Of a stretch of 64,000 nucleotides of DNA, positions 25,416-55,417 are shown one piece after another (position 1 is the first letter of the stretch; every line of letters begins with the position of its first letter). This DNA comes from Chrysomallon squamiferum (Eukaryota; Animalia; Mollusca): the NCBI GenBank assembly GCA_012295275.1, contig CM022665.1, positions 34,348,001 through 34,412,000 on the forward strand, given 5' to 3'. Both the position numbers and the translations under genes were made by a program. The notes beneath the pieces are model-generated. The model saw only the letters and a list, made by a program, of their open reading frames with translations. It was not told the DNA's origin and searched no databases.

Positions 25416-26264
25416 ATGGATGTTCCTTCTGGGTATCGACAACGTAAGATACTTAACAAATTACAATTTCATAACGTTTAATAACGATACATATAAAATG
25501 AACTGACACAGTCATTATTTGGTAATATATATGAGTATAGTTGGATGGGGGTTTCCATTTTAAAAAAAAAGAAAAAAAAAAGGTATATTATAAATGTCAG
25601 TTCCATATTTGATATTATTTTATGATGACTTTATCATGTTTCTGAAGCAGATAATGCTGAGATATCTAAATTTTATATAATAAATTTATATGTAACTTAA
25701 TAATACATAACATAACTTAAGATACTCTGAACGATCAAATTATAAATTACAAAGACAGCACTAAAAAGAGGTGTACCAATGTCAAGAACTGTTATCTTCA
25801 GTCTGTTTGAATGTTTGAATAATTTTCACCTTTCATTTAAACAACTTTTATATCATTTTTTAAACATCAGACATAATTGAACTTCCTCTATAAATAAAAT
25901 AAAATAAAAAGAAGAAAAAAGAAGATTCTGGTGCAGTTATAGATAATTGTTTTGATGTTTCTGCATATTAAAGAACTAACCAACTAATATATATTTTCAG
26001 CAGCACCAGGAAAACGCAAGACAAGATCACAAAAAGGCCAGCAACCAAAGCCACAGCTTTTTGAAGATACAAGTACCCCACAGCCAAATATGCAGTCACC
26101 ACAGGGTTTTGGTCCCGTGAGTTACGGTCCAAGCCAAGGTTATATATATTTTAGATGTCACTTTTGAAGATATTTCAGTTATGTTACAACAGTCACATTT
26201 TGATAATCAAACAAATATTGCATGTATTTTAACAAGAAAAGTACCCTAAAATTACAGTGAAATT

Positions 26265-26323
<59 letters not shown>

Positions 26324-27323
26324 GGAAATCAGCCTTTGATTAACCCAGATATCTCTGAAAAGTCCCGTCCAGCTTTCATTAATCTACTCTGAACAAGTTG
26401 TGTAGTAATAAGTTTTGTTAATATCAGCACACAATTTTGCAACTATGATCACTTCTAAAATAATGACAGCAATTGGCATGTAATTAGACTACCAAGTCAG
26501 ATGAAATGATTGCACTTCTTTGAAGGCTTAAACTATGATGTCATATTTTTTGGTAATTACTGTATGTAGCTAAATGAACAAGATTATTGTTAGTGTGTGT
26601 TGAAACCTAAGTGAATTCACTTATTTAGATTGATGTCAAAATGCATTTTGCACTGTCTTATTTAATTTGTCATAGTGGCAGAGCAACCTGAAAATGGTAA
26701 CATAATTTCTTAAGCAAAATTAATAGAAGAGTTTTCATCAAACCCACACTGTAAACAGATTTAGTTGTACAGGATTCACACTAGGCTAGGAAATTAGGGA
26801 GAAGTGAGATTTTGTAAAGGCAAAATGAGACAATACAACGTAACCAAGCCATTGTCACAAACCTAAAATTGAACATCTACATGTATACATCAATGTTCAG
26901 TTTATAATAAAACAGGGCTTTTAACAATTTTTTTTATACAAATTCATGCCGTAAGTATTAAAATTATTTAACAAAAGTTTTATTCTTATGTTTGTTTACG
27001 ATTACAAGCAGCCTGCTCTTGAATATTGAATCTCTACTTATGTTGGTTTGTTAATTGTAATATTTACTGTACATGTAGTTCTGTGCAGCCAGTTATCGTG
27101 CCCATGTCAGTTAATTTAATTCGTATACAAATTTAAAAGAACTGTGTTTGTTGCCAAACTCGAATAACAACAATAAAACAATGCATTTTTTGCAGTTATT
27201 CATACAGTTGGTCACATGATATATTAATAAATATAATCTGACAGAAAATAAATAAATCTGCTGGCCAGTCACAAAATCTGTATTGGTACCTTCAACTTTC
27301 AAGTGATATAAAATCATATATAT

Positions 27324-27354
<31 letters not shown>

Positions 27355-30300
27355 TTTTATTTAAAAAAAAATGGCCATTTAGATTTTGCTGTGGGTTAAA
27401 AGCAAGGCAAAGTTTAGTACAAAAGGGCAAGCATTTTGTCACATCAACCCCTCGTGTGAATCCTGATGATGCAATTTAAAATAATGAGGACCAAAACCAT
27501 GAAGTTACCATTACCAGCAATTGCGTGTAAAAAAAAACCCCACATTTTGGCAGAAAATACAAACCAGCAAATTAAAAAATCTGAATGGATTGACAATGCA
27601 CACAATGACCCATTAACAAACTTTCATATACAGATGTTCTGAAAATGATAAAGCAAATTACAGCTTTTGCTGCTATTAGTAGAAGCAGACTTTTGCAGCC
27701 AATGGAGGCCATAACTGAGGAATTTGTTCTGGAGAGAAATAATAAGAAAAAAACCAGTCACCAGTGTCAGACTATTTTTCAGTTGATGCCTGGTGGACAT
27801 GTAACTGTAATATTTGTAATAAAACATATTCCAGTTTCATGTTTATCATGTTTAGTCTTTATAAATTGGCAATATGTCAGTGTATCACTGTGGTCCTAAA
27901 TGGATCCCATTTTGACATAGTCCATTGTATATATATTATTATTTAAAAATTTAGTTTTTCCCTGCTTCATTTCATAATGGTACTGCAATCAGTCCTGATT
28001 CATCGTATTTGAAAGTGTTAATAAATAGTGTCACTGAGTAAATATAGAAACCAGCTACAAATTTTACCACTGCATCAATGCCAAGGGTTGTGGTTGTTCT
28101 CCATACTTGCCTTGGTGCCTCAAAATATGGCTGATCTTCACACAATAAAACACATAATTCTTGGCTTTTTATTTAATGTATTGAATTACAGCTTCCATCA
28201 AAATAACGATTCTCAACTCTGTAAGGCAGCATTGTGGGTGCAGCATATTTGCATAATTGCATGATACTTAAGTATGAGTTTAATATTATTATTATTAAGT
28301 ATCTCTATTGTCTTTTAAACTAAGAATGGCAAAGCAAGATAGAATATAAAAATGACAATTGCAGGAGCTTAGCTTAGCAGCCTCCAAATGTTCAACTTGT
28401 TGATTATTATTTTTTATTTAATAAACATAGTTTTGATTAATTTTTGACAATTAAAAACTTGATGTATTAAAAACTGCAGTTACCTAATTATTTCTTTTTT
28501 TTTATTTGTTTTTATTTGTTTTTAATATATAGATGTACCACCACCAGTATTTCCTGGACAACAAGTATTTAGTGATCCAATGGCATCTATGGCAATGCAG
28601 TATGGCACTTCTCTGGCTGGCCAGGGCAAAGAAATGTTGCACAAAAATGTTAGTTTTTGTAAAAATTGATGTCTCATTTTATTTAAAGATTCTACAAATG
28701 TAAGCTTCCTACATAAACTTAATATATATAGAAGGACCAATTTTCTGAAAACGCTGAATCGCAAGAGGTATTGTGGAACTGGAAATCTTAAACAGAATTT
28801 TCATTTTTCAAAATTGATGAACAAAATCACAATTTATTTTGTCAAGTTACAGATTTATTAATAAGTGTACATATTTCACTGTTCTGCATAATTGCTCATT
28901 TGAACCATTAAGGTACATCAGTTGAAATTTTTCTATGATAAAATATTGACTGCCATTTTGTTTTTGTCATTTGACTAGGTTACTTTTTTGTTTTGTTGCT
29001 TAATTAGACATATAATTTTAGTTCAGTAAATGGAAAACACATTTTATAAGCAGAAAATCATTATATTAATTTATTATTTTGTTGTAAGTTTTGGATACAT
29101 CTTTTGATGTTTATCATATGGGACCCTTCACACTGAACCAGCTCACACTGCCAAGTACTGCGCTTCAGAAAACAGTAGTGGTATGACACAAAAAGATTTG
29201 GTAATGATATTTTGATCCAGTGACTAAATTAATAGATAATACATGGGATAAATGAGGTTTGAAAATGAAAACTTACAGAGAGAAGAATCTGAAAATGTTA
29301 ATAATTCCAATCAGCCACATTGCAACTTAAGACATTTTTTATGTGATGGGTTACATTTATAATGATTACAATATGTATTTTCTTTTTGTTTCCATTTTTC
29401 AGATAGAACAGTATGTAGCTACTTCCAAAATCAAATATTATTTTGCAGTGGATACCACCTATGTTGCCAAGAAGCTGGGGTTATTGTTGTTTCCATTTAC
29501 ACATTCAGTAAGTGATAAGACCTTTCATATTAATACATAACAAAAATTCTTATTTTTACATACTAAAAATATTTATCCTTGTAAAGTACTTGCTTTATTT
29601 CAGATATATTTTGTTTTTGAAAGTGCATTGTGCATTAAAACTTCATAAATGTCCTAGCTATAAATGTATTGGTGAAAATAAATAAATTTAGTATCATTTT
29701 TCTGCTTTAAATTCCATTTTATCAATAAGAATAAAATTTGTATTATTTGTTTTTCAAAAGGACTGGTCAATACGATATAATCAAGAGGATCCAGTTGCAC
29801 CAAGATACGAAATTAATGCCCCAGACCTCTACATACCAGGTAGACTGTTTATAAATTTCTTGGTTCTATTTAATAACCATTTGGAGTACCTACAAATGTT
29901 GAGCTTTTTTTTTTGAAAAAAAACCTAACATATATTTGTCCTTTTTGAAGCTGATCATTGTTTGAAAAAAATTATAATGACGTTTGATAATATTAACGTG
30001 CATAAGTCTCATTTTTAATGTCAGAGCTTGTCCATAAATTAACCTGTGAAAAACATGTCGTTGTGGTAACAATTTTTTTTTTTTAATTTTTCAGTAATGG
30101 CTTTTGTAACTTATATTCTTGTTGCTGGTGTTGTGATGGGAACACAAGATAGGTTGGTATATATATTGTAGTTTTTCAATTTTATCAAAGGCTTCAGTAT
30201 ATGCTTTTCTCACAGTGGAAACTTGCATGCAGTGGATCTTATACTGCTAATCCAGACAAATAGCCAGTGGCATGGTGGCAAAACTTGTTCTGTAATGTAT

Positions 30301-31602
30301 TTTCAGTCTTATCCATTTCATATGGAAATTAAAAATGTATTAAATAATACCATATAAAACAGTGTTTTCAGTTTTTTGCAATCTCTTAATGGTAAAGAAA
30401 GGTGGGCTTTCAAAATTTTCAAACAGGTAATTAAAATAGAATTTCAAGAAAAATAAGAATTCATAATGTTATTAGTGATAAACCATTTTAAAGAATGGTG
30501 GCAACTGTAATTAAAATATTATTTATAATTTCATTGGCAGCATATATGTGATGAATAAATATTTTAATAAAATAAATGTGAAGTAAAACAGAAAACATGC
30601 TGTACCTTAAAGTTGTCCTTGTTGTTTAAGGTTTACACCAGAGCAGCTTGGAATTCAAGCCAGTTCTGCCTTAGTGTGGCTAATAATAGAGCTGCTTGCA
30701 ATTCTCCTTAGTCTTTATTTGATGAATCTCAGCAATGAACTGAAGTACCTGGATATGATGGCTTATTTAGGGTATAAATTTGTTGGGTATGTTTGACCAC
30801 TATTTGGCAAGTTTTAAAATATTATTAATTAAGATGCTGAAAATTATGTTGTAAATACTTTAATGACATCAATCTTTCTTTCATTTAATGTTTATATTTT
30901 AAATATATTCTTATAACATGTAATTCCTTGTTATCTTAGATATGCATTATCCAGAATTATATACCATCTCTGGAGATAACAACACAACAGTTTACTGAGG
31001 AAATGTTTTGAACAAACTGCTGCTGTATATCTTAATTTTAAGTTTTACAAATTTTGAAAATAAAGAGCATTCATATTAAGAATTGTTCACATAATTTAAT
31101 AATATTTATTTATTTATTTGCTGTTGTTTTTTTAGTATGATTTGTAGTTTGTTAGCTGGTCTAATTTTGCAAACAACAGGATATTATATGGTGCTTCTGT
31201 GGTTCAGTCTAACCTTAGTCTTTTTCTTGGTAAGTATATTTAAAAGTACATGTAAAATTAAAAATATTTAAATGATAAATTTCTATTCTGTTTATAATTT
31301 TTTGTAAGCTCTTATTCTAAGTGTAAAATTGATTATAGTTATTATTGTTCATTTATGGTAGTGGAATGTATTTTTACTTCTTAAATTAAGTGTACATGTT
31401 TTTCTTAAAGTCATCTTTATAAAAGATATGCTTTTTGTTTCAGGTCAGAACTTTGAAAATCCAAATTCTCCCTCACAGTACAAATGATGGCTTTTCAAAA
31501 GGAAGCAAGAGAAGTCTTTATTTGATACTATCTGTTGCCTTGCTGCAGCCAGCGATGATTTGGTGGCTCACACATCATATAATGTTTGGGAAAAAATTGT
31601 GA
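25416..31602 (+). CDS. YIF1B: Protein YIF1 (Yip1-interacting factor, YIF1A/B-like), 9 coding exons, 310 aa
   Basis: Exons 25416-25443, 26001-26138, 28533-28648, 29403-29507, 29761-29839, 30095-30152, 30631-30786, 31136-31229, 31444-31602 sum to 933 nt in an open frame. Hallmark motifs [81 protein letters not shown]. Confidence 0.95.
26272..26320. repeat. (CA)n microsatellite
   Basis: Direct reading. Confidence 0.95.
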
Positions 31603-33579
31603 AGGATGCCACATAAAAAGTGATGCTGAAGAAGAGCAGTTGAATATATATTATATTCTAGCTTTTTTTAAATTCTTTTTTTTTTTAAGTGTAGCAGGTG
31701 GTTTTTAACCATTACATTTTCTGGTTCTGTCAGTAGTTAAACTGCACCAAACGTTTCACCTGAAGACATTTTGAAAAGTAAATAAACAAGGGTAGCTTTC
31801 TGATAACAGCTGTTATACTTAATCTGTTCATCATGTGGATTAACCCTTATTTTACATAGAACTCTCACAAACAAGTAGTAGTTGATTATGGTGCAGATGT
31901 TATTGTGTAGGTATATTTAATTCTTTAGGATTTGAAGAGTAGCAATTGATTTGTTATTGATATGTAATCTTTAGAAAATATTTAGTAAAATCTTTTTGGA
32001 TTTGATGCTTTATTTAGGGTTTCCTTTTTAATGTACATTTAATATAAATAATTTCCAAATAATTTGTTTAATTCTGTTGAAAAAATAATTTATTACAAAG
32101 GTGAAAACTATGCCAGATTATTAATTGACTTCAGTATTAACCATTTCTGGTTCAGTCATGATTTACTGGTAATAATTTAACAATTTAATAATTGGAGAAG
32201 ACATTATTTAATTTTTTTAAATTATTTATATAACAAAAATGAATGTAACCAAAAAAAATTAATAATTCAATATATTTTTGGGTTGGATATTTGAAATAAC
32301 TTTTTTGTTTAAGCATTTTCTTATATTTGCTTTATTAGAATTTGTATTCATAACTATTTGTCCAACTCTTTTTCCCATTAAACAAAACAATTCATTTTAT
32401 TGAATTTAAAAAAATAAAAAAAATGTGTTGCTGTGTTTATAATAAACCATAGTAAACATGTACCAAAAAAATGTATCTTTTTATTAAAGGTGTATTTCGC
32501 TGTGGTTAATTTAATTGTGAATAGTTATTCAATGTTAATTGAAATTTTATGCTTAAAACAAATGTTGCATGTGCATTCTAATATTGGTATTTTTGTAAAT
32601 ACAATTCAATTATGTAATGATAAATAAACTTGTCAGTTTTAAATGGTCTTTATATCTGCTAAAAATTTGATCAGTTAGTCAAGTTCTGATCATGGTGCAG
32701 TGGATTAGAAAAAAGTAAAATGAGACCTTTTTAAACTATTACTTCTATTTCAACATTTTAATTTGAATACCTTTGAAGAAATGTTTAAAATATATTACTA
32801 ATTAAAAAATAATTCAGATATATTACTCAAAACATTGAAGTAGATCTTCACCACCAAAAAAATAATAGAATATGTTTGAGCCCAAGTCCCATTTTTTATA
32901 TATATAATATATAGTGTAATTTCATTGACAGAATGTTAAAATGGTTACAAACGTAATTTTCATCATTCTCAGTATTCACAAAATTATTTGAAAGGATAGG
33001 CTTTCAAATTAAAAATGATGCTAAAAGGAAAAAAAAAACTAGTTATAGCATGTACATTATCAGGACAGATTTAAATAAAAACCTAAATAATGATAATAAA
33101 GGAAAAGTAATGGAAACCATCACTATGCTAAATAATAGAATCTGAAAAGAATCAGTTTCCATCAAATTTAATAATTAATAAAACATTCTGGAATAATCGG
33201 CTGGGCTATTATTTCATCATACTGAGTCCACAACTGATTTATAATTAAAGATGGCAAAATATGCTTTCCTAACTAATCTGCAGCAAGGCCTATTAAAAAT
33301 TTGTTTCCAGCTATTAGATACGAGTAACCCAATTAATTATTTATATTATCATCTCAGAAGGAAACAATTAAAATTAACTTGGAAAAATATGCTACAAAAT
33401 CAGCATGAAACCTTTTATTAACAATGATGGGATTATAAACATCTAAATATAATACAGAACAAAGGTTTTGTCATATTTATTCAGAATGTAAAAGGACAGT
33501 TGATATTTTCTGACTGCACATTTTCACTGTGTGCTAATAAATGACATGAGTTAATTCAGCTTTTTTCAGCAGAAAGATG

Positions 33580-33843
33580 TCACTTTTCCTTTGAAGCCAT
33601 ATGTCTCATTAACTGACTTGTCAGTTTCTCTAATTTTTTAACATCTTGTGCATGTTCAGTTCTGTATTGTAAGCACTAAAAGTACAAAAAAAAGTAACAT
33701 TAAAACCCACATATTGCAAATTTATAGAGAATGCTCAAGTGTTATCACTGTCTTCAAAAATCTGATGTAGTATGAAAATAATTTGAATGAAATGTCAGAA
33801 AAATATGATTAAATGTGTAGATAAAACACATACACGTGTATAT

Positions 33844-33929
<86 letters not shown>

Positions 33930-34534
33930 CAAAATTGACTTAAAAATATTAAAGTACTTACGACTCTGTCATCTGTCATTTTCAGGATAAGTTTCCCATC
34001 ACAATGACGGTATTTTATTGTAAATCGGCACTAAAAAGGAATATTGTTCAGACTAAAATTAATTTAAATATACTGCAGAAAATAGTTACTCGTATTTCAA
34101 CTAGTCTACAGTATTGAACAAAATGTATTGAACAAAATCTACTATTTAAATATTTCTATTTTCTAAAGTTCTGGCGTCGAAGAAATATTGTTTGAATTTT
34201 AAATTTATCTTCATCCTGCACCCCAGTCATCACGATTACTTTTTAAATGTTTATAATCTCATTATTCCCCCCACAAAATTATAATTGACTTTAATCAGCT
34301 TTTAAAACCAGTACAAACTATAAAATGAAAATAATTCAAAGTCCGAAACAAGATAATAAAATTTAAAGCTGAAAGCACAACTGAAAACACCAAAAGCGCT
34401 GGATTATAAAACTTCGAAAGGGAAACTTCAAAACCTTTTCGAATGAAGATGTTAATACTTACTCGAGCAGGATCAATCAAATACAACTTTTCTGCTGCTT
34501 TTGCAAATTCTTCCCACGTAGAAAGGTAAGTCAT
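33580..34534 (-). CDS. SRP9: Signal recognition particle 9 kDa protein, 3 exons, 78 aa
   Basis: Exons 34463-34534, 33962-34030 and 33580-33675 give [78 protein letters not shown]. Confidence 0.97.
33856..33923. repeat. (TA)n microsatellite in SRP9 intron 2
   Basis: Direct reading. Confidence 0.95.
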
Positions 34535-35210
34535 TTTAATAATGTCTTTAAAAATCTTAAAAAGTAACACAACTTAAACCATCTGTTTTTCGTTTGATAA
34601 AGAAAAACTGATTTCAGAGCTATGCTACGCACATTTTTATTCCCAATTTCATAAACAAATGACCAATTATCAGTCGTTGCAGTTACGCACTGATGGACTG
34701 GTACAACAATAATAATATATTATAGCGCCATAAGTAACAAATAACGGTCAGACATTATTATTATTATTATTTTTTTATTATTATTATTTACTTCAGTAGC
34801 GCAGTAAATATAAAAATTCGTATTTTAAACTATATAATAGTAAGAAAAAATATAATTGTAATCCTTTTCCTACATATAATATTTTTATGGACAACGTATA
34901 ATTTTTAAAAACATACGTAGGCAAAAATATTAGATTTTTTAAATATATTTTAATTCTAATTCTGCAATAAATGGTTTATCATGGCGGCGAGAAAGGAAGT
35001 GATTTGTCTGATCGGTAACTGACAGCTAAGTTGTAGATCATTTCAGCTGGGAAGCGTTGGTTATCCTGGTGCGCTATATATATATATATTATACTATAAA
35101 GGAATTATATCACAAGGTTAAGAACTAAACTTCAATAAACGTTTTACTAGTTCTGAAGATACAGTTCTAGGTCGGAACTGTCAAGAAAAATCAAAGAAAA
35201 AAAAAAAATC
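34535..35210. promoter_or_regulatory. Shared bidirectional promoter region of SRP9 and Ena/VASP
   Basis: Divergent ATGs about 680 bp apart. YY1-like ATGGCGGCG (34981), ETS-like AGGAAGTG (~34994) and CCAAT motifs (~34644, ~34663). Confidence 0.6.
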
Positions 35211-51815
<16,605 letters not shown>

Positions 51816-53258
51816 AGTTGACAGGAAGAAAGGCAAGCTGGTTTTGCTCAATACAGAACAAGTGTCTCCATCTTGAAAAATGATTTTTGTATACCATACA
51901 TCAATCTTCCATGTGAATCTTAGAATCATAATGATGAATTTTGCATCTTTTTGGATGTATTACTGGACCAAAAATAGATTTCTATTATTACAAATTTTGC
52001 ATTAACCCAATCATCCCTGAAATTGTATTTGTTTTTGGATTTTTTTTTAATATATGAAGCTTATGTGGATGGGAAAGTTAAATGAAAGTTGCTGAACAAT
52101 CACTTGATTTTATCATCCTTTTATTAAAATTAAAATCTGATGTAAAATTCAAAACTGTTGAAGGAGATAATTTGCCAATGTAAAATATACATTTTTATTT
52201 AAATATGTAAACTTGCACAATGGATTCATTGGATAAAGCCCATAATTAATATGTAAATATTTAAGGAATGTCAGCTAATTAATGTCATTCCTTTAGAATT
52301 TAACATGATTTGGGTTATTTTTAATCTGTTTTCATCACAAACCTTCAGCAATTTTTGTAATGGGCACAGTCTCAGACATTTTTTGACAATGAAACTGGAT
52401 TAAAATATTTTTTAATGCTATTATTTTATAATATCTAAACATGCAAAGAATATTAACAAAACTGCCAAAGCCTGTGTGTAATAACTAATATATAAGCTTT
52501 ATAGAGATCAAAGGTTTATGTGAAAATTGCTTATGCTTGCTTCAGTTCGGTTTCATGTTAAGAGAAAGTAATTTAACACAATCCACATAATTATGTTGCT
52601 TGGCTCCTTTTCTTGACAAAAGCTTGTTATATCAATGTATCAAACAGCTGATAAATGATTCTTGTATGTTTGATTTTTGTCCAAAGTGAATTTTGGAAAT
52701 TTTCAAACAGAAAGTATTAATTCGTATTTGTGTAACATGCATTGTGGCATCCAAGTATGATAAATTTGTAAATAGACATTTTTCTATTAAAGTATAGTGT
52801 AATATATATGGTAACTGTTTTGAAGATTTTTGTAGTTTGCATATGTTGTAAAGCACTAACAGTTTTTATTATTTATTTTGTTATTATTATTAAAATGATT
52901 ATTTTTTAAAGAATTCTATGCAGAAAATCATATATTAGATTATGAAATAATGAAAATAATAATTATGAACTTATTTAGTCATTCAAGAAAGGAAATTTAT
53001 ATATCCAAATTTTTTCTTTTTCTTTTTATTATTATTTATTTTACTTAAAAAAAAAAAAAAATTCTTCACTTTTATGTTTCATTAGGATTCTGTTTGTTTG
53101 AAATTCACTTATGGTAGTATGAAATGTTTTTATGTTGACTGACCAACTGTCTTGGAAGAATGAGTCTTTGATATTTCATATCTTCACACAATTAGCAGTA
53201 ATATTTACAACTAATGTTATAATTATCTTAATATCAAACAGACCTTTTGATTTAATTC

Positions 53259-53264
<6 letters not shown>

Positions 53265-53304
<40 letters not shown>
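53265..53304. repeat. (GT)n microsatellite
   Basis: Direct reading. Confidence 0.95.
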
Positions 53305-53306
<2 letters not shown>

Positions 53307-54481
53307 AAATTTATAATAATAAAATGAAACAGTTGAAGGTTTGATGAATTAAAATATTGATATGGTAACTCTTTTAGTCAGTTTTGGCTTTTCATGTTTT
53401 AACATAAAATGAAGGCCAGTACAGACATTTTAAGGGTCAAACCACTGAAATCTATTGACATATCTGAAAGTTTTTTGTGGAAATCGGTACTGGTAATACT
53501 GCAGTTAATTTTCTTCTTTTCTTTTCTTTTTTATTATTATTTTTTTATTTTTTTGTCTTTGAAGTTTGCTCAAAATCTCTGTTGTATATCACCATTAATA
53601 AAAAAAAATCATTGGTTAGGTTAATACATCTTATTAGATCTTTAATTGTGATTTTATGTTGGAGAGGAAAAATTGATATTTCAACTAAATGATATTAATT
53701 TATTTATTTTTATTTATTTATTATTATTATTATTATTATGATATTTATTATTTATGGGCTTTTTTTTTTTTAGATGATTTATGTTTTAAATAATTGTCAG
53801 TATTAATGAATATCTTACAATTTTTTTTTTTCTTTAAAATTTTTGTGCTGATGTGGAGTTATGTTTTTTTTTTTATATATATGTATTTTGTAACTATACT
53901 AGAAATACATTTTACATGGGAGACAGCAGGTATTTTATTTCTGCCTCTTTATTGTCATGATTTATTATGAATATATTATTATTTTTGCTTAAGAACATTT
54001 AAAAGCAAAATTATGTACATTGTTTTCTGCAGATATTTTATATATTGTTTTAAAATATTTACTTTGACAGTTTGCATCTTAATTGTTGGTAACCATATAT
54101 TGGTAAGTTTACTGCTACATTATATCATTTCTTTATTTTTATAGTTTCCATTTTTTTTTCTTCAAATGATTTGTAAATAATCAGGTATTGTCTTCTGCTA
54201 ATTTGAAAATACATTTGTATTTGTTTAGTATGTAAAAGCTCCAGAAATTCAATTAATTATTGTTATTCCTTTAGAAATTAATAGAATTTGAGTTATTTTT
54301 AATTTGTTTCTATCAGAATATTTTGTAATGTTTGTAATGTTTAATAATTTTGTCTTATTGCATTTAATTAAAGTACATCTTATATAACAGGATCAGAATT
54401 TCAGTTGTTAAAGTAAAAAAATGTTTCTATAAAATGCTAATGAAAGACTGAATTACGATTCAGATTATTATTATTATTATT

Positions 54482-54512
<31 letters not shown>

Positions 54513-55367
54513 ATTAAATAAATAAACAATTTACACTATTTGGTACATGTGAATTTTTCATTTCTGCCTTAATTTTATTTTAACTGTTACTAAATTGAAA
54601 ATATCCATGTTCTTAATTCTTGTGTTACTAATTTGGAAATATTTCATTTGTATTTTTCTTGCATGTTCTGTGTGTGTTTTATATTGCCCTGATAATTTTG
54701 TCAATTGCTCCTGTTTTCCAGTTTTATATATTGATCTTCTTTATATATCAAACTTAAAATTAATGTTCATTTTATGTCTCTTTAATACATTTTGATATTT
54801 TTCTGTATTAGCTCAGCATTTTATGCTTTTAAAATTTAATATTCCAGAAAAAGGAAATTTTATAATTTCTTTAAGTATTTCAGTCTTTAAAATTCAGTTT
54901 TAATTTTAGATCTGCAGCCAGTGATAATCTTTATTTTCAAAAATGATCATAACAAGTAAACCTAGAAATTTTTTAATTTAACTGACATAGATTTCAGTAA
55001 CAAAAATTTGATTGTTTGTTGTTAATGTTAGTGAGAATTTATCAACCGCATTTAGAATTTTTTTTTTTTTTTTTTTTTTCACTGAAATTGTTAAAAATAT
55101 TACCAAGACTGGTGGTAGAGGATTTCATGAGTATCTCATGATTTGTAAGTTTAAATATGATTGCTATGTGAAGGCAAACATTTTTTCTGACATTTCATTG
55201 TTTTTATTTATTTATTTTTTTAATTTTTTTAATTTTTTCAAATAAGTAATGAAATGTTTAAATAAGGAATTTCTTGCCAAGATGAAGTTGTGTTTATATA
55301 TATTTCATTTCTTATTAGGAATGTTAAGTATTTCCACATTTAGTCTGCTTTTAATTTTATTGATTGC

Positions 55368-55417
<50 letters not shown>

